DNA from: Prorocentrum cordatum
Taxonomy: Eukaryota
DNA: 64,000 nt
Assembly: GCA_963575745.1 (NCBI GenBank)
Contig: CAUYUJ010000225.1
Span: 682,001-746,000, forward strand
Direction: 5' to 3'
Shown here: piece by piece, positions 38,089 to 48,467 of the stretch
Layout of the letters: every line of letters starts with the position of its first letter
Numbering within the stretch: the stretch's first letter is position 1
Notes under the pieces: model-generated
What the model saw: the letters and a program-made list of their open reading frames with translations, nothing else
Databases searched by the model: none
Told to the model about the DNA's origin: nothing
Translations under genes and position numbers: made by a program

Positions 38089-40064
38089 GAGGAGGAGGAG
38101 GAGGAGGAGGAGGAGGAGGAGGAGGAGGAGGAGGAGGAGGAGGAGGAGGAGGAGGAGGAGGAGGAGGAGGAGGGGGAGGAGGAGGAGGAGGAGGGAGGAG
38201 GAGGAGGAGGAGGAGGAGGGGAGGGGGGGGGGGAGGAGGAGAGGAGGGAGAGGAGGAGGAGGAGGAGGAGGAGGAGGAGGAGGAGGAGGAGGAGGAGGCG
38301 CGCGGACCGCACGCCACCAGCAAGAGGCAAGCCTCGAGCTGGTGGTCCGGTTCGATCAGCGCCCAGCGCACGCCAAGGCGTGGGCCGAGCGGGCGGGCCG
38401 CCCCGCCTGCCTGGCCACGTCGTGCACCTGCTTCCCCGACACCGTGGGCGCCAGGTAGAGGCACACGTATGCGGCGGGGGAGGGGACGACGGGCGACAGA
38501 CTACAAGGGCGGCCCAGGAAAAACAAAACGAGTTTAATCAGACGACCCAGAACTCGCTCCATCGGGAACGGGTTCGGGAGCACTGGCCGCTTCCAGCGGC
38601 CTTGCACTATCAGCACTGTGGGGCTCCTCCGCACGGTCAACTCCGCACTCGGCAGCCCCAAGAATCGGAGGAGGAGGAGGAGGAGGAGGAGGAGGGGGGG
38701 AAGCATCGAGCTGGAATCGGCGATGCGCCGCCGACAGAGGTCGGCGAATCCGGCGGCGGGCCCCCCCACAGCGCATATCCGCACCTTCCCGGGCGGGGGG
38801 GGGCCCATGGGGCCCCCCCATCGACGGCACGGGCGACCGGGAGTCGCTGCGCGTCCCCTCCTCCCCCTCCTCCTCCTCCTCCCCCTCCTCCTCCCCCTCC
38901 TCCTCCTCCTCCTCCTCCTCCTCCTCCTCCTCCTCCTCCTCCTCGGAGCGTGGGCGGCCCCCCCGGCCTGACGTTGCCCCTTTGAAAAAAGGGCTCCAGC
39001 CAGGATCCGACCTGCCCCGCGGGCGCGCAGGAGAGCGGAGGAGGGGGGGAGGCACGGCGGGCGGCCGCCTGCGCCGCCAGGCTCAGCTCCCAGATCCGCT
39101 GGTACGGCAGGCCTCCCGAGAGCATGGCGTTGCCCACGGCGCCGGCGGCGCAGTTGGAGCACAGCAGCACGGCCATCGCCCAGTGGACGTGCTTCTGGAA
39201 GTCGCTGCCCAGGACCGCACTGACCTCGAAGAGCACAGCGTACTGCGGGCCGGTGTGCGCCGCCGTCGACGCCGCCACCGTCAGCTGCGTGACCTGCAGC
39301 GCAGGTATCCAGACGCTCAAGCGTGTCACCGCGACGGTGAAGCAGCCACACGCGGAGCCCAGCAGCAGCACGTTGGCACTCCCTGCGCACTCGGCCAGCG
39401 CGCCGATCACGAGGAGCAGCGGTAGCCGGGCATAGATCCAGAGGCTGAAGAGGTCGTGGTCCACCTGCTCGGGGTGCTTGCACAAACCAAGAAAAGACGT
39501 GGCGGGGGGAGGAGGGGCCACTTGCACCAGGGGTGGCCGGCTCCACACTACAGTCAACCCGCATAGGAAGGATGGGTAACCTTCCCAACGGTACCCTTGC
39601 ATCCTTGCCCTTTCGGCCCATCCTTAGCGACGTTCGCTTGCCAGCTTCATTCGAAAAAACGCCAACATGGCCCACCAGGGCCCTTGCATCCTTACCGTGC
39701 ATCCTTATGATACGAATTGACTGTACTGAGACCCCGCGTGGCCTGGCGGCCTTGTTCACGTGGCCCTGCACAGCGAGGAGAAGGAGGAGGAGGAGGAGGA
39801 GGAGGAGGAGGAGGAGGAGGAGGAGGAGGAGGAGGAGGGGGAGGAGGAGGAGGAGGGGGAGGAGGAGGAGGAGGAGGAGGAGGAGGAGGAGGAGGAGGAG
39901 GAGGAGAAGGAGGAGGAGGAGGAGGAGGAGGGGGAGGGTCCGCCTGCTCCTTGGTCAGCCCCTTCGACGCCAGGAACTGGGTCAGGAACGGCTCCGAGGG
40001 CAGGAACTGGGAGAGGGCGACGAAGGCCAGCAGCAGCCCGAGGGCCCTGCGGGCGCGCGGCTCC
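4897..40064 (-). CDS. Spliced gene for an SLC19/reduced folate carrier-thiamine transporter-like membrane protein (start and final exons unresolved)
   Basis: Nine exons join in phase: 40064-39944, 39464-39069, 36788-36649, 21906-21867, 20681-20519, 10162-10109, 9314-9148, 7092-7027, 5031-4897. The peptide has SLC19-like motifs in order: FLPSEPFLTQFLASKGLTKEQ|VDHDLFSLWIYA, WELSLAAQ, DW|TVWA, VVTFWQLL..LNGYVTAASYLLGG, FYCAFVAYQLVF..ATQQVG, CVAL|VINITQALASCVQ. All acceptors are AG|G and donors are GC/GA/GT. Confidence 0.85.
5425..5925. repeat. Tandem repeat, ~152-bp unit, ~3.3 copies
   Basis: ctcgcc..gagacatcctcacaa..ctctgaacgca recurs at ~5450, 5601, 5752 and 5908. Confidence 0.85.
6787..6943. 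mobile_element. TTAA-flanked MITE
   Basis: TTAA-GTCGGGCCTGTCC...GGACAGGCCCGAC-TTAA; second copy at 55212-55365. Confidence 0.85.
7027..7092 (-). CDS. Transporter exon
   Basis: CCAG|AGPLGLAPAPAGAPPQRQCVAL|GC; 22 codons, phase 0. Confidence 0.6.
7340..8425 (-). mobile_element. Probable degraded 3' fragment of a non-LTR element
   Basis: Lower-GC island between (GAG)n tracts; CLACGALGGDTLQHMLE resembles the post-RT CxxC..D..H zinc finger. Confidence 0.35.
8760..9120. repeat. (GAG)n tract, representative of many such tracts across the window
   Basis: Also at 1329-1385, 4706-4840, 7200-7330, 12617-12976, 38065-38297, 39775-39935, 40570-40757 and elsewhere. Confidence 0.95.
9148..9314 (-). CDS. 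Transporter exon
   Basis: PLEFYCAFVAYQLVFRLSAAAATQQVGAEICQ...AWLQ|GC. Confidence 0.8.
9543..9770. mobile_element. Fold-back MITE family with AGGCCT ends (copies 6292-6477, 40089-40299; partial 6695-6780, 37390-37508, 38700-38750)
   Basis: Long TIRs aggcctcccagat..ggtccgag..ggggtcggag and an internal perfect palindrome CATCGGCGATGCATCGCCGATG (9601-9622). Confidence 0.8.
10109..10162 (-). CDS. Transporter exon
   Basis: ACAG|GC-FSVAASGLLLCGMGVAE-G|GC; phase 1 at both ends. Confidence 0.75.
13072..17860 (-). pseudogene. LINE ORF2 broken by several frameshifts
   Basis: Domains are spread over consecutive ORF fragments: 17129-19285 (3' part), 16738-17037, 16260-16622, 15489-16232, 14425-15774, 14313-14771, 13607-14251, 13072-13854. 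Confidence 0.88.
17841..18965 (-). CDS. LINE ORF1: N-terminal CxxxxC..CxxC zinc finger and coiled coil (374 aa)
   Basis: Intact ORF MAKQQKYILCNRRGCKGWTW..HCDQCGG followed by a Q/E/K/L-rich heptad region, directly upstream of the APE domain. Confidence 0.8.
   Translation of the reverse strand: MAKQQKYILCNRRGCKGWTWSSTGAKHCDQCGGRFRSQQYAPPGGARGGAANNPGAGGPGSEPMPPPSQPDKPGRWRGRDRSRGPSHPPGLRRPGSITFADGEGQQPQEEDIVALAQAQVTFWKKWKPNGEEYNATLGKLKQARASVLATKSLDLQAQSLSDQLETQRQKYITQTTELKKLVETILEVSGRHSKLVEEAKSTQQDIQSLESQYNMAKQAAMQAATKDEDLLSTLQGVLAARMPPGSRAPPDLCSKVSELASYFDDLTAQHAQTQSPSDFPAVGQRPEDESGVDAGSAASQQTNPAELVPTPTDTELDDGKMDESESLVRAASAFQSAASGMAEIQGESGPEVKRAKAAAATAAAGASGPTTSRS
19129..19137 (-). other. Dinoflagellate spliced-leader 3' relic (TGGCTCAAG) at the LINE 5' terminus
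   Basis: The minus strand reads (CCT)n-TGGCTCAAG-TCCTT; the 9-mer equals the 3' end of the dinoSL DCCGTAGCCATTTTGGCTCAAG. Confidence 0.6.
19350..20040. repeat. (GT)n/(GCGT)n/(GGT)n microsatellite complex
   Basis: Direct inspection. Confidence 0.95.
20519..20681 (-). CDS. Transporter exon
   Basis: VVTFWQLLLRAKAPEAEHLNGYVTAASYLLGGLGLLLSARAPVMSDRGARRWLI-G|GC. Confidence 0.8.
21867..21906 (-). CDS. Transporter 40-nt exon
   Basis: AAG|G-TVWAVTMHTAHVL|GT; completes the Trp codon begun in the 36649 exon. Confidence 0.75.
23290..23760 (-). pseudogene. Degenerate C5-cytosine methyltransferase domain of DIRS copy 1
   Basis: ALELGGSGGGGLS (motif I-like), DDVSDPVARRRVFGRIRAGCMSCVWI, and ILLKCFRRKVPA..TYIW are colinear with the clearer copy at 59530-60215. 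Confidence 0.55.
24985..27527 (+). repeat. Degenerate (CAT/CAC)n trinucleotide tract
   Basis: Direct inspection; also present at 1-620. Confidence 0.95.
26910..27664 (+). repeat. Apparently exact duplicate of positions 1-755
   Basis: Constant offset of 26909; ORF translations 254-685 and 27163-27594 are identical. Confidence 0.95.
27661..28477 (+). repeat. Apparently exact 817-bp duplicate of 23851-24667
   Basis: Constant offset of 3810; identical ORF translations; the copies diverge after AGTCGAG. Confidence 0.95.
30965..31285. repeat. Tandem repeat, 73-bp unit, ~4.3 copies
   Basis: ccaactgta recurs at 31023, 31096, 31169 and 31242. Confidence 0.9.
35027..36643 (+). repeat. Degenerate (GAT)n trinucleotide tract abutting a splice donor
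   Basis: Direct inspection. Confidence 0.95.
36649..36788 (-). CDS. Transporter exon (central loop)
   Basis: VASLVAAAELAREV...WRDACASFCLPGVAD-TG|GA; phase 2 matches the next exon at 21906. Confidence 0.75.
37528..37697. mobile_element. Diverged hairpin relative of the 42942 MITE (half copy also at 37240-37300)
   Basis: Shares cggaggt..gatt..atcggcgctg and its inverse ccagcgc..aaatccg..gacctccga. Confidence 0.55.
39069..39464 (-). CDS. Transporter exon (132 codons, several TM helices)
   Basis: VDHDLFSLWIYARLPLLLVIGALAE...WELSLAAQ; GAGCAG|GTGGAC acceptor and GCGCAG|GC donor. Confidence 0.85.
39551..39723. mobile_element. TA-flanked Tc1/mariner-type MITE in a transporter intron
   Basis: TA-CAGTCAA..AAGGATG...CATCCTT..TTGACTG-TA. 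Confidence 0.65.
39944..40064 (-). CDS. Transporter exon, TM1 and PSEPFL signature
   Basis: EPRARRALGLLLAFVALSQFLPSEPFLTQFLASKGLTKEQ; CCAG|G acceptor and CAG|GC donor. Confidence 0.85.
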
Positions 40065-42651
40065 CTGGCGGGGGTGCGCCCACTCCGGAGGTCTCCAACA
40101 TGGGGTCCGAGCAGATGCGGTCGGATGCTCTCGCCGCATCGCCGACGCATCGCCGATGCATCGCTGGCGATGTCGGCGATGCATCGGCTCCGTCGGCGTG
40201 GGGGGGAAACTGGGCTCCACATCGAGCGGCATCGACGATGCATCGGCGGTGCGGCACGATCCTTCGACCTTATCTACTCCGAGCCTATCTGGGAGGCCTA
40301 GGCGCTCTCTGCACGCTTGACGCGCTCCCCTCCCCCCCTCCCCCTCAACCCCGACGTGCACCGCAAGGACACATCCACACTTACAGCTTCTGGACTCTCG
40401 CCCTGGGACCCTGCGGCCGACGTGGACGCCTCCCCGCCAGAAGAGGCAGGCGGACATGCACATCCACCACTCCTCGAGGCCCCAGGGCGCGACCCCGCAG
40501 CGGTGGAAGTGGAGAGGTTCTGGCGGTGAAGAACCGGGACCACACCAGCGAGTGCCAGCGACATGGGAGCAGGAGGAGAAGGGGAAGGGGGAGGAGGAGG
40601 AGGAGGAGGAGGAGGAGGAGGAGGAGGAGGAGGAGGAGGAGGAGGAGGAGGCGGAGAAGGAGGAGGAGGAGGAGGAGGCGGAGGGGGAGGAGGAGGAGGA
40701 GGAGGGGGAGGAGGAGGAGGAGGAGGAGGAGGAGGAGGAGGAGGAGGAGGAGGAGGAGTCCCACCTGCCGCGATGCTGCTCATCGGCAGAGCCCGCCAGG
40801 ACATCCATTGCCCGCTTGCCGCTCTGCGGCTGCCCAGGGGCCCCTCGGGCATGAAGGTGCCGCCGCCGGCCCCGCTGCGCTCATGTCGGCGTGCCAACGC
40901 CCCCCTCGGGGCCGCTCGACCAGCAGTGGCTGCGGAGGGGCAGAGCGCAAAGCGAGTGGGCACACGGTGGAGCGACGATCAGAAAGGGGCCTTGCGCGAG
41001 ATGGCATGGCGACCTTACATGACCTCACGCGGCGGCGAGCGCGGGCCGCCAGCGCGGCACGCCGCACTGGAAAAAAAGGGCGCTCACGCGCGGCGTTGCG
41101 AGGACAGCTTCGCGCCAATCTCGGGACGACCCCGTCTTCTTCCGTCGCCCACTTGTTCCTCAGCGGGCGCGCGCGCGAGGTCGCGACGGACAGCCTGCCG
41201 CTGCCGCGGCCGCTGCCGACGAGACCAGTCCAATAAGCCTCACGCAAGCACATGGTAGCCCCGCCAGGCGCGGCAGGGAGGCCAGTGCACCATGGGCTGC
41301 GCCATTGGCTGCGTCGTGAGCTGCGCTGTAAGTCGCGCCGCAGGTTGCGCCACAGGCGGCGCCACGCGGCCGCTCCACAGGTTGCGCCGCACGGCCGAAT
41401 GACGAGCAAGCCCACTCTGTCACCCTGCGCCACATGTCGCGCCACAGATTGTGCTGCCCCACGCATCAGGAGAGGGTCCGCTCTGTCACCTTGCGCCAAA
41501 GGTTGCGACCATCGGTTGCACTTTTGCCTGCATCGCCACCCCGAGTCGCAGGTTGGTCCTCTCTGCCATCCTGCGACGCAGGTTGCGCCGCATGACCCAA
41601 TCACGAGCTGGGCCGCAATCACCGTGCACCACGGGTTGCGCCGTAGGTTGCACCGCCACCCCACGAAATGGTCCGCTCTGTTCGAGGCGAAGCTTCCTTC
41701 ACGCCTTGCACAGCTCCCCCGCCTGCGCGCCATCACCATCGAAAAGCTCACCTGCGCGCATCATGACCGAACCCCCTTTCCCGTCGCCTTATCCTGGCAC
41801 GACCAATGAAATCAGAACCCAGAGGCCCCCAAATGAGCCCCAGAAAAGAGACTCCAAGAAGCCCCGCATAGGCATCGTGACAAAGATGTAACGATATAGC
41901 CACGCCACACTAGAGCATCGCAGCGATATTTCCCAAACAGCATCCATCTGGTTCTACGGAGCCTGTCCAGAATAGGTCGGCGAAACCATCATGCATGCAT
42001 TTCGGTGCTGAGATGGCACGGTGGCGGGGCTTGCCGCAAGCATGTGGAACTAGCGTCGGTTAGTGCGTCTTTGTTGCTTGCAAAGAGGCTAGCGTGCCCT
42101 ACATGGAACCATTGTGGCGGTACGTAGATCGATATATACCGCACCTATGATAAGGAATATCATTATCATAACAACGCATGGCATCGGACTCGATGTGTTA
42201 TATACTCAGCCGTACGACCGTCAAACTTGCTGTTGAGTATCAATTGTGCCCTTGGTCGCATCACTGCTTCTGAAGCGCAGTCGACGTTCGAGTCACACAG
42301 TTTCGCCAACATGCCAGGGAGCAGAGGTCGCATTTGCAGCATCGCATCAGCCTTGATGTATCCAGAGACCTTGGCCTCATATGTGATGGGAGCGTGGCGT
42401 TAAGCCTGTTGGATGTCCAGCACGCGTTGAATATATTGCACATCCGCACTGGAATTTAGAACGGTGGGCCGAAGATCGAACAAACATTTCAAGGCACTCA
42501 TTCTTACTCGAGTGGCGGGAGAAGTGGAGAGAGAAGGAAAGATGAGCAGGATGGGCTGGAGGCAAATTCGGCGACATGCACTCGAGAAATCAGGAGCAAG
42601 CAGCATCAGTTGTTCCGCTGCGTCCTTGCGGGTGTTTGTTGGCGCGCGCAC

Positions 42652-45507
42652 CTGGTCTTGCAAGGCAAGACTCGCCTCCACGTCCACTACCAGGTGGATT
42701 CGATCCAGCTTCGAGCGATTCTCCCCCTCGTGCACCTGACGGACGTTCGTGAAGTACAGTGTCCCCTCCTCCAAGCAGTAGGGCCTGCCGCGGATCTTGA
42801 ACTCCACCTCCCTGCTCGTCGCGATCGGAACGTGGAGCCGCACCACGCTGGGATCCTGGAAGTAGTCCCTGTGCGGTGCGATGACGCCCCCCGGCCTGAG
42901 ACGCATGAGGCGGACGCGGAGCACTCGACGCGCGCCGATCTTAGGGGAGTGAACAATGACACACACAAACAAAAACTCGGAGGTCCGCGCGGATTGCTGA
43001 GATCGGCGCTGGACCCCCCTCCCTGCCGCGCGAAGCGCGCCAGGGGCGGCGCCGGAGGCGCCGCCAGGAGGCCCCAGCGCCGATCCGAGAAATCCGCGCG
43101 GACCTCCGAGTTGTTATGTTTGTGTAATTTTTCGCTCCCCTAGATCTCCCGCACGATCTGCCGGATGTAGGGGCAGAACTTCTCCATCAACGGCGTGTCG
43201 GCGTACTCTCCGCCCGTCTGGACGCCCGTGTTGGTGCTGCCGGCGTCCCCCATGGCACCCCCGATGGAGCGCAGCGGGATGGAGCCCCAGCCGCGGGTGC
43301 TGGCCGCCTCCTGCTGGCACGCAGGAAGCGGGGCCCTCGGGGGCCCCGGGTCCTGGACGACAGGGCGCTTCCCCCCCCACCGACCAGACGTAGCTGGGGG
43401 AGCTGTGGTCCTTATACCCCCCTGGGGAGCCCATCGCATCGACGATCTCTCGAGAGGGGTGTCGAAATCGATGGGTCCCCCAGGGGGGTAAGGACCACAG
43501 CTCCCCCAGTTGTGGCTCCCCTGCCCCCAGGGCCAGCTGCCATCCCGAGCCGGCTCTGGGGCAGCCCCGGGGCCCCAGGGCCCACCCCGAGCTCCGACGT
43601 CGTGATCTTGGCGCCACGTCGACCCCCCCACGAGGTCTGGCCCTCTTCCCCGGGACCGGTGTTATACCTCCCGGTTCGCTTCACTGACGGCCCCGGTGCC
43701 CAGCGAGGCCCCCCGGAGGCCGGAGGCCGCCGAGCACCTCCGGGCGTGCTCTCTTGCGCGACGGCGAGGAGGAGTGGGGGCAGGGACGAAGTGTGGGCAG
43801 GAGACGATGGCGCCGAGAGGACGACGCCGAGCCGACGAGACCGACGGCGGGAAGCAGCGGGGGGCAGGGCTGCCAAGCACGGCGAGGAGCCTCGGGGCCC
43901 CGCCGCCCTCGGGGCCCGCGCTCGCTTTTCTGGCGACGTCCTGGGTGGCCGAGAGGACTGCGGTCTTGTCGAGGAAGGCGTGCTCTCGCTCCACGGCCTC
44001 CAGCTCGCTCCTCTCGGGGGGTGCCGAAACGATGCGGTGACGGGCCGCGCGGCGGGCTCGGACTCCCCATGCACCTCACCGCACGGTCCGCCACCGCACG
44101 GTTCTGGCACCTCGGAGGCCCCCGTCGCCCGAGACATCCTCGGAGACCGACCCGGGTCCCAGAACTGTGCGGTCACCCCGATTCACCGCTGGCTCACCAC
44201 ACGGTGCGGCCACCGCACCGTTTGGAGATCCCCGATCCTCAGACGTGCGACTTCGAGGCCGCTCCGGAGGGCCACGACGTCCTGGCAGTCTCGGTCCAAG
44301 AGGCACCTGAGGGGCAACGTTAGAGGACCGACTTGGTGGGGAGGGGAAACATCGAGCTGGAATGGGCGATAGATCGCCGATAGATCGGCGATAGGCCCCC
44401 GATAGCGAAGGCGAGCGTTCCTGGGCGGGGCGGGCTATCGGGCCCCCATCGGCGGTTGGGCATCAATGCATCCCTCCTGCGCCTATCCCTGACGTTGCCC
44501 CGTGGCTTTCGGGTCGTAGCTCGGCTCTCTGGCGGCCGTTCGGGATGTTCTGGGCTCCCCAGAACGAGGCGCAGCTGCTGGAAAGCACCCCGAGGCTGGA
44601 AAGCCGCCGAGAACCAACGAAAACGCCAGACCATCTCGAACCACGAAACCGAAACGTTCCCCCCCCCCGAGATTGCGCCATTGTTAGCCAAATAAAAACT
44701 AGTGTTATTATCAGTGCCCTTAGTAGTTTCTATCGTGAATCTTGCTATTGCTACGATCCTAATCATTTTCGTAGTAGTCGTCGTAATAGTATTAGTATTA
44801 TTGCATTACTATTATTATGACTATTATTACTATATTAGTATTGTTATCACTATTGTTCTTATTACATAGCATGTCCTGCAACAGTCGTCACCCAAGGGGG
44901 GGAGGGGTCTGGCCCCCCAGGGAGCGGCAACGCGCGGGCAGGGCAGGGCGCGCCGGGGCGGGGGGTGCGCTGCGCTCGCCGGAGCATGCGCGCGAGCATC
45001 CTCATGGGAGGGGCAACGACTAGGGGGGCTAGGCGCGGCTAGGCATGGGGGGGGATGAATCCACCGGGAATCGGCGATGCATCGCCGATAGATCGGCGAC
45101 AGGCCCCCGATGGTGAATCCGCACCCTTCCTGTGCAGGCTGGGGCTATCGGGCCCCTGGCCGGCGATCAGTGGGCGGTTGCGTGTCGAGGCATCTCCCCC
45201 TTATGCCTATCCCCCCCCCATCGTTATGCCCCCGACCATCCTGGGAGGATGTCCAAGCCCGCCCCCCCGCACGTACGATCGTTACTGTTACACGGGGAGG
45301 GAAAGGGGGGGGGGCCCGGGAGGTGGCTTGCCTGGGCAACGACCATCACGCGCCAAGGTATTAACAAAAAAACAGAACCTCCCCGGGCCTATCTCCAACT
45401 CGCGCTGCCCCCGAGCACCGCAGGTCTTCCCCCCTCTCGTTGAAGGCGGCCGCCTCCCTCCGCAGCAGCTCCGCGTGTGTCGCGGCACCGCAGAGCGCGG
45501 GGGCGGC
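42652..45507 (-). CDS. Spliced Fe(II)/2OG dioxygenase, aspartyl/asparaginyl beta-hydroxylase (proline hydroxylase)-like domain; ends unresolved
   Basis: Exons 45507-45419, 44306-44238, 44010-43941, 43310-43146, 42939-42652 join in phase: ..LEVARL|RSELEAV..GWGSIPLRSIGG..DTPLMEKFCPYIRQIVRE|IGARRVLRVRLMRLRPGGVIAPHRD..RLHVPI..VHEGENRSKLDRIHLVVD. The HxD...H iron triad and the RxH motif are present. Confidence 0.85.
42942..43142. mobile_element. 201-bp MITE forming the intron between two hydroxylase exons
   Basis: ~70-bp imperfect TIRs (TAGGGGAG...CTCCCCTA) with a 5-bp direct repeat GATCT at 42937-42941 and 43143-43147. Confidence 0.88.
43394..43509. repeat. Near-perfect intronic inverted repeat
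   Basis: ctgggggagctgtggtcctta..cccccctgggg..cccatcg pairs with cgatggg..ccccagggggg-taaggaccacagctcccccag. Confidence 0.85.
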
Positions 45508-46082
45508 CTGGCCGGGCGCCAGGGCGAGGAACGCTGGAGATGGAGCTGCTTTCTCTGTCGGTGATGGCCTCCTCCTCCTCCTCCTCCTCCTCCTCCTCCT
45601 CCTCCTCCTCCTCCTCCTCCTCCTCCTCCGGCGGGGTGGTGCGGGGGTGCCGGCCGATGGCCCAACCTTGACGGTGCACCCCCCGCCCGAAGGCAGGAGG
45701 GAGCAGGATGAGGACGGTGATGACGACGAGACGGACTAGGACTGCGAGGAGGAGGAGGAGGAGGAAGAGGAGGAGGAGGAGGAGGAGGAGGAGGAGGAGG
45801 AGGAGGAGGAGAAGGGAGGGGAAAGAGCAGAAGGAGGAGGAGGTAGCAGCTAAGGAGGGGGAGGAGGAGGGGGCTTCCCTCCGGGCAGCCCCACGTATGC
45901 CCGCGCGCACTGGTTCTGCTCAGCCCGCCGTCGGACCTGCGCCACCGACGGGGCCAGGTTGTCCGGGAGGGAGGGGGCGGACGGGCCCCACAGCCCGAAT
46001 GTATCGCCAGACCCTACAAAAAACAGTCTCCTGGTAGTTCGCTCGCCCACCCGGCGCACGGCGAGGAGATCTCCACCCGCAC

Positions 46083-46117
46083 CATCGGGCGCGCCGAAGA
46101 GGGGGCCCTGAGCCGCC
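46083..46117 (-). CDS. Tentative next DTC exon
   Basis: CCAG|G-AAQGPLFGAPD-G|GT has the right phase and resembles the DTC G....GYPD motif; other frames are also open here. Confidence 0.3.
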
Positions 46118-47844
46118 CTGGCGTCTCTCGCCAGTGGGGAAGCCAAAAGGCACCAGTGCTGCTACTCCCTGGGCCTCCCCCAGGGTGCGCTCTGACCAGG
46201 ACGTCGAGGCGAATCCAGCGGTGGCCACGAGGGCCTCCCGGGAGGCCCCAAGCGGCGGAAACGAGGGAATGGTAGCGGCATGGGCACCCCCTCCTCCTCT
46301 GAATCATCGGCGTCGTGCGCCCTCCGCGGGAGCCCTGGAGGCTCCTCGCCGCCGCGGCTGGATCCGCCGTGCGACGTGGTGGGTCGGGGCGGACCCCGGG
46401 AGGGGCCTGGGCTCTCCGGGGGGTCGATGCTGATGAGGTCCGGCCCGGGCGGGAGGGCTGCCGGCGGGGGCCAGGAAGAAGCAGGTCAGCGCAGCATGGC
46501 CCAGGGCGGGCGATCGGAGCGTGCGAGGGGAAGCCAGTAGGCGTGCTGGAAGAAGAAGAAGACGACGACGAAGACGAAGAAACAAGAGGGAATAGTGAAA
46601 CGAATCGAAAGAAGAAGAGAAAGAAGAAGAATAAGAATAATGATAAGAAGAATGAGAGGGAATACTACTAATGAGTCATCACCGGGAAAACTAATACTAA
46701 TCATACTAGTGAGACTAAACACAATAACAATAATAGTAAGCCTGGAAAATGATGGCCGCAGCCGCCTCTCGAGAACCGAAAACGGATAATTCACACATCG
46801 ACGTGTCGCGGTGAGGGGGTTCTGTCCAGGGCCGCGTCGGTACTGGTAGCCCTCCTGGGGTCGAAGCTGATGATTTTGTTCGAGCCGCGTCCAGCCGTGG
46901 TTCCTGGCCACCTCAGCCCCCCAGCCAGCTCCAACTCCATACTACCCTGGTCCTCACCCCCCTCTCTTCGGCGCTCCCGACATCAGGCGGTTCCCTCGCG
47001 TGCGGCTGGGCTCGAATTGCCGCCTGATCACGAAGACCTCTGCGCCGCAGTCCACGCGGCCAGCCTGCCTCGAGTCCAACGCGCAGGCCCCGCGCAGCAC
47101 CAGCCCAGTCTGGGAAAGCACGACGTATATCGGAGATGCCAAAGTTGCTACGGTCGGGAACTGTTGCTTGGCGTGTCGCGGCGGCGGCCCCGGCGACACC
47201 TTATGCCCTGCGAGCGGATAGTGCGTCGCTCGGCTCAAGACTCGGGACGTTAACGCTCTGGTGACTGGGGAGGGGTTATATAGTCGGCTACACTCGCCGG
47301 ATGGACACTCGGCAAGGGTGACCTCGGAAGCGCAGCTTCAGGGGGGCCGCGATGGGGCCACATCCAGGCGCACCAGCCGGTGCTGGAGGGACCCTGGTCC
47401 CGCACCACAGGTCACTCTGGCGAAGGGTCACTCTCACGCGTAGCCGAATTGGCGCGTCGCGCCAAAACGTGGTGGGCCCGAGCCAGCGGCGCCACGCGCG
47501 AAGCAAACGTGTCCGCGCGCGCTCCAGGACAAGAGCCTCCCTCGCTCTCTCGGTGCGCCTCGCCCCTCGGCTGAGGCCAGCGCACGGGCTGCGGAGGCAA
47601 GACGGCGGCGGATCTGGCAGCGGAAGCCTGCGGGGGGCCGGCGGAAACGAAGGCGAGGCGTCAACCAGAGGCAAGCGAGGGGGGAAAGTGGGAGGGGGGC
47701 GGCCCTTCTCAGAAGGCTTGGACGGCCTCGGGCCTCCTGAAAAGCTGTCGAAACCTTCACCGAAGATGCGGACGACTTCTCGGAAAGGCCAGGGCCTCTG
47801 AGAAGCCCCGCCGCCTTCTGAGAAGGCCTGCTCCTTCTCACTTA

Positions 47845-48016
47845 CAGTCGGGGCGTTGACCCAAGGAAACCTAAGAAACGAGGCCACTATCTTCCATGAG
47901 TTTATCTTCGATTTCACATCGAAAGCCTAAAGACAGCCTAAGGCAAGCTGCGAAACAATTAAGGAACACGGAGCCCCTCCCCAACGGAAAGGGTTCCTTC
48001 TTCAGGGCCCCGACTG
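47845..48016. mobile_element. TA-flanked Tc1/mariner-type MITE
   Basis: TA-CAGTCGGGGC...GCCCCGACTG-TA. Confidence 0.7.
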
Positions 48017-48467
48017 TACCCCCCGGGCGCGCCGCCGAGTCAACGTGTTTGGACTAAGGGTTTCCAGGGTCGGCCATCTGACGTCCCAGACGTTTCCTGG
48101 AACGAAGTGTGAAGTTGTCGCGCCAGTGAGCATCCTGGGGCTCTCTCAACTAGGACGCATCAAGAAAGCATGCAGGAGAGATCGAGGCGACATCAAGGCG
48201 TTTGCACGGCGACGTTGGCTTCTCCGAGTATCTCACTGGGCTGGCGTAGTCGACGCCCGTCTCGAAGCCTTCCGCCGTCAATTCAAGCTCGCGCTCCTGA
48301 GCGCTCTCCACGATGAAAGGCAGAGATACTAGGAAACATGATTTCCTGGAGGTGCATACTCCTGAGAAGATCTGGGCAAGACATACTGCTTCGCAGTAAA
48401 TATGTCTCACACCATCCAAGTATCAATCCCCCGCGGCATGTGCAAGACAGCTCTCTCTGTATACATT

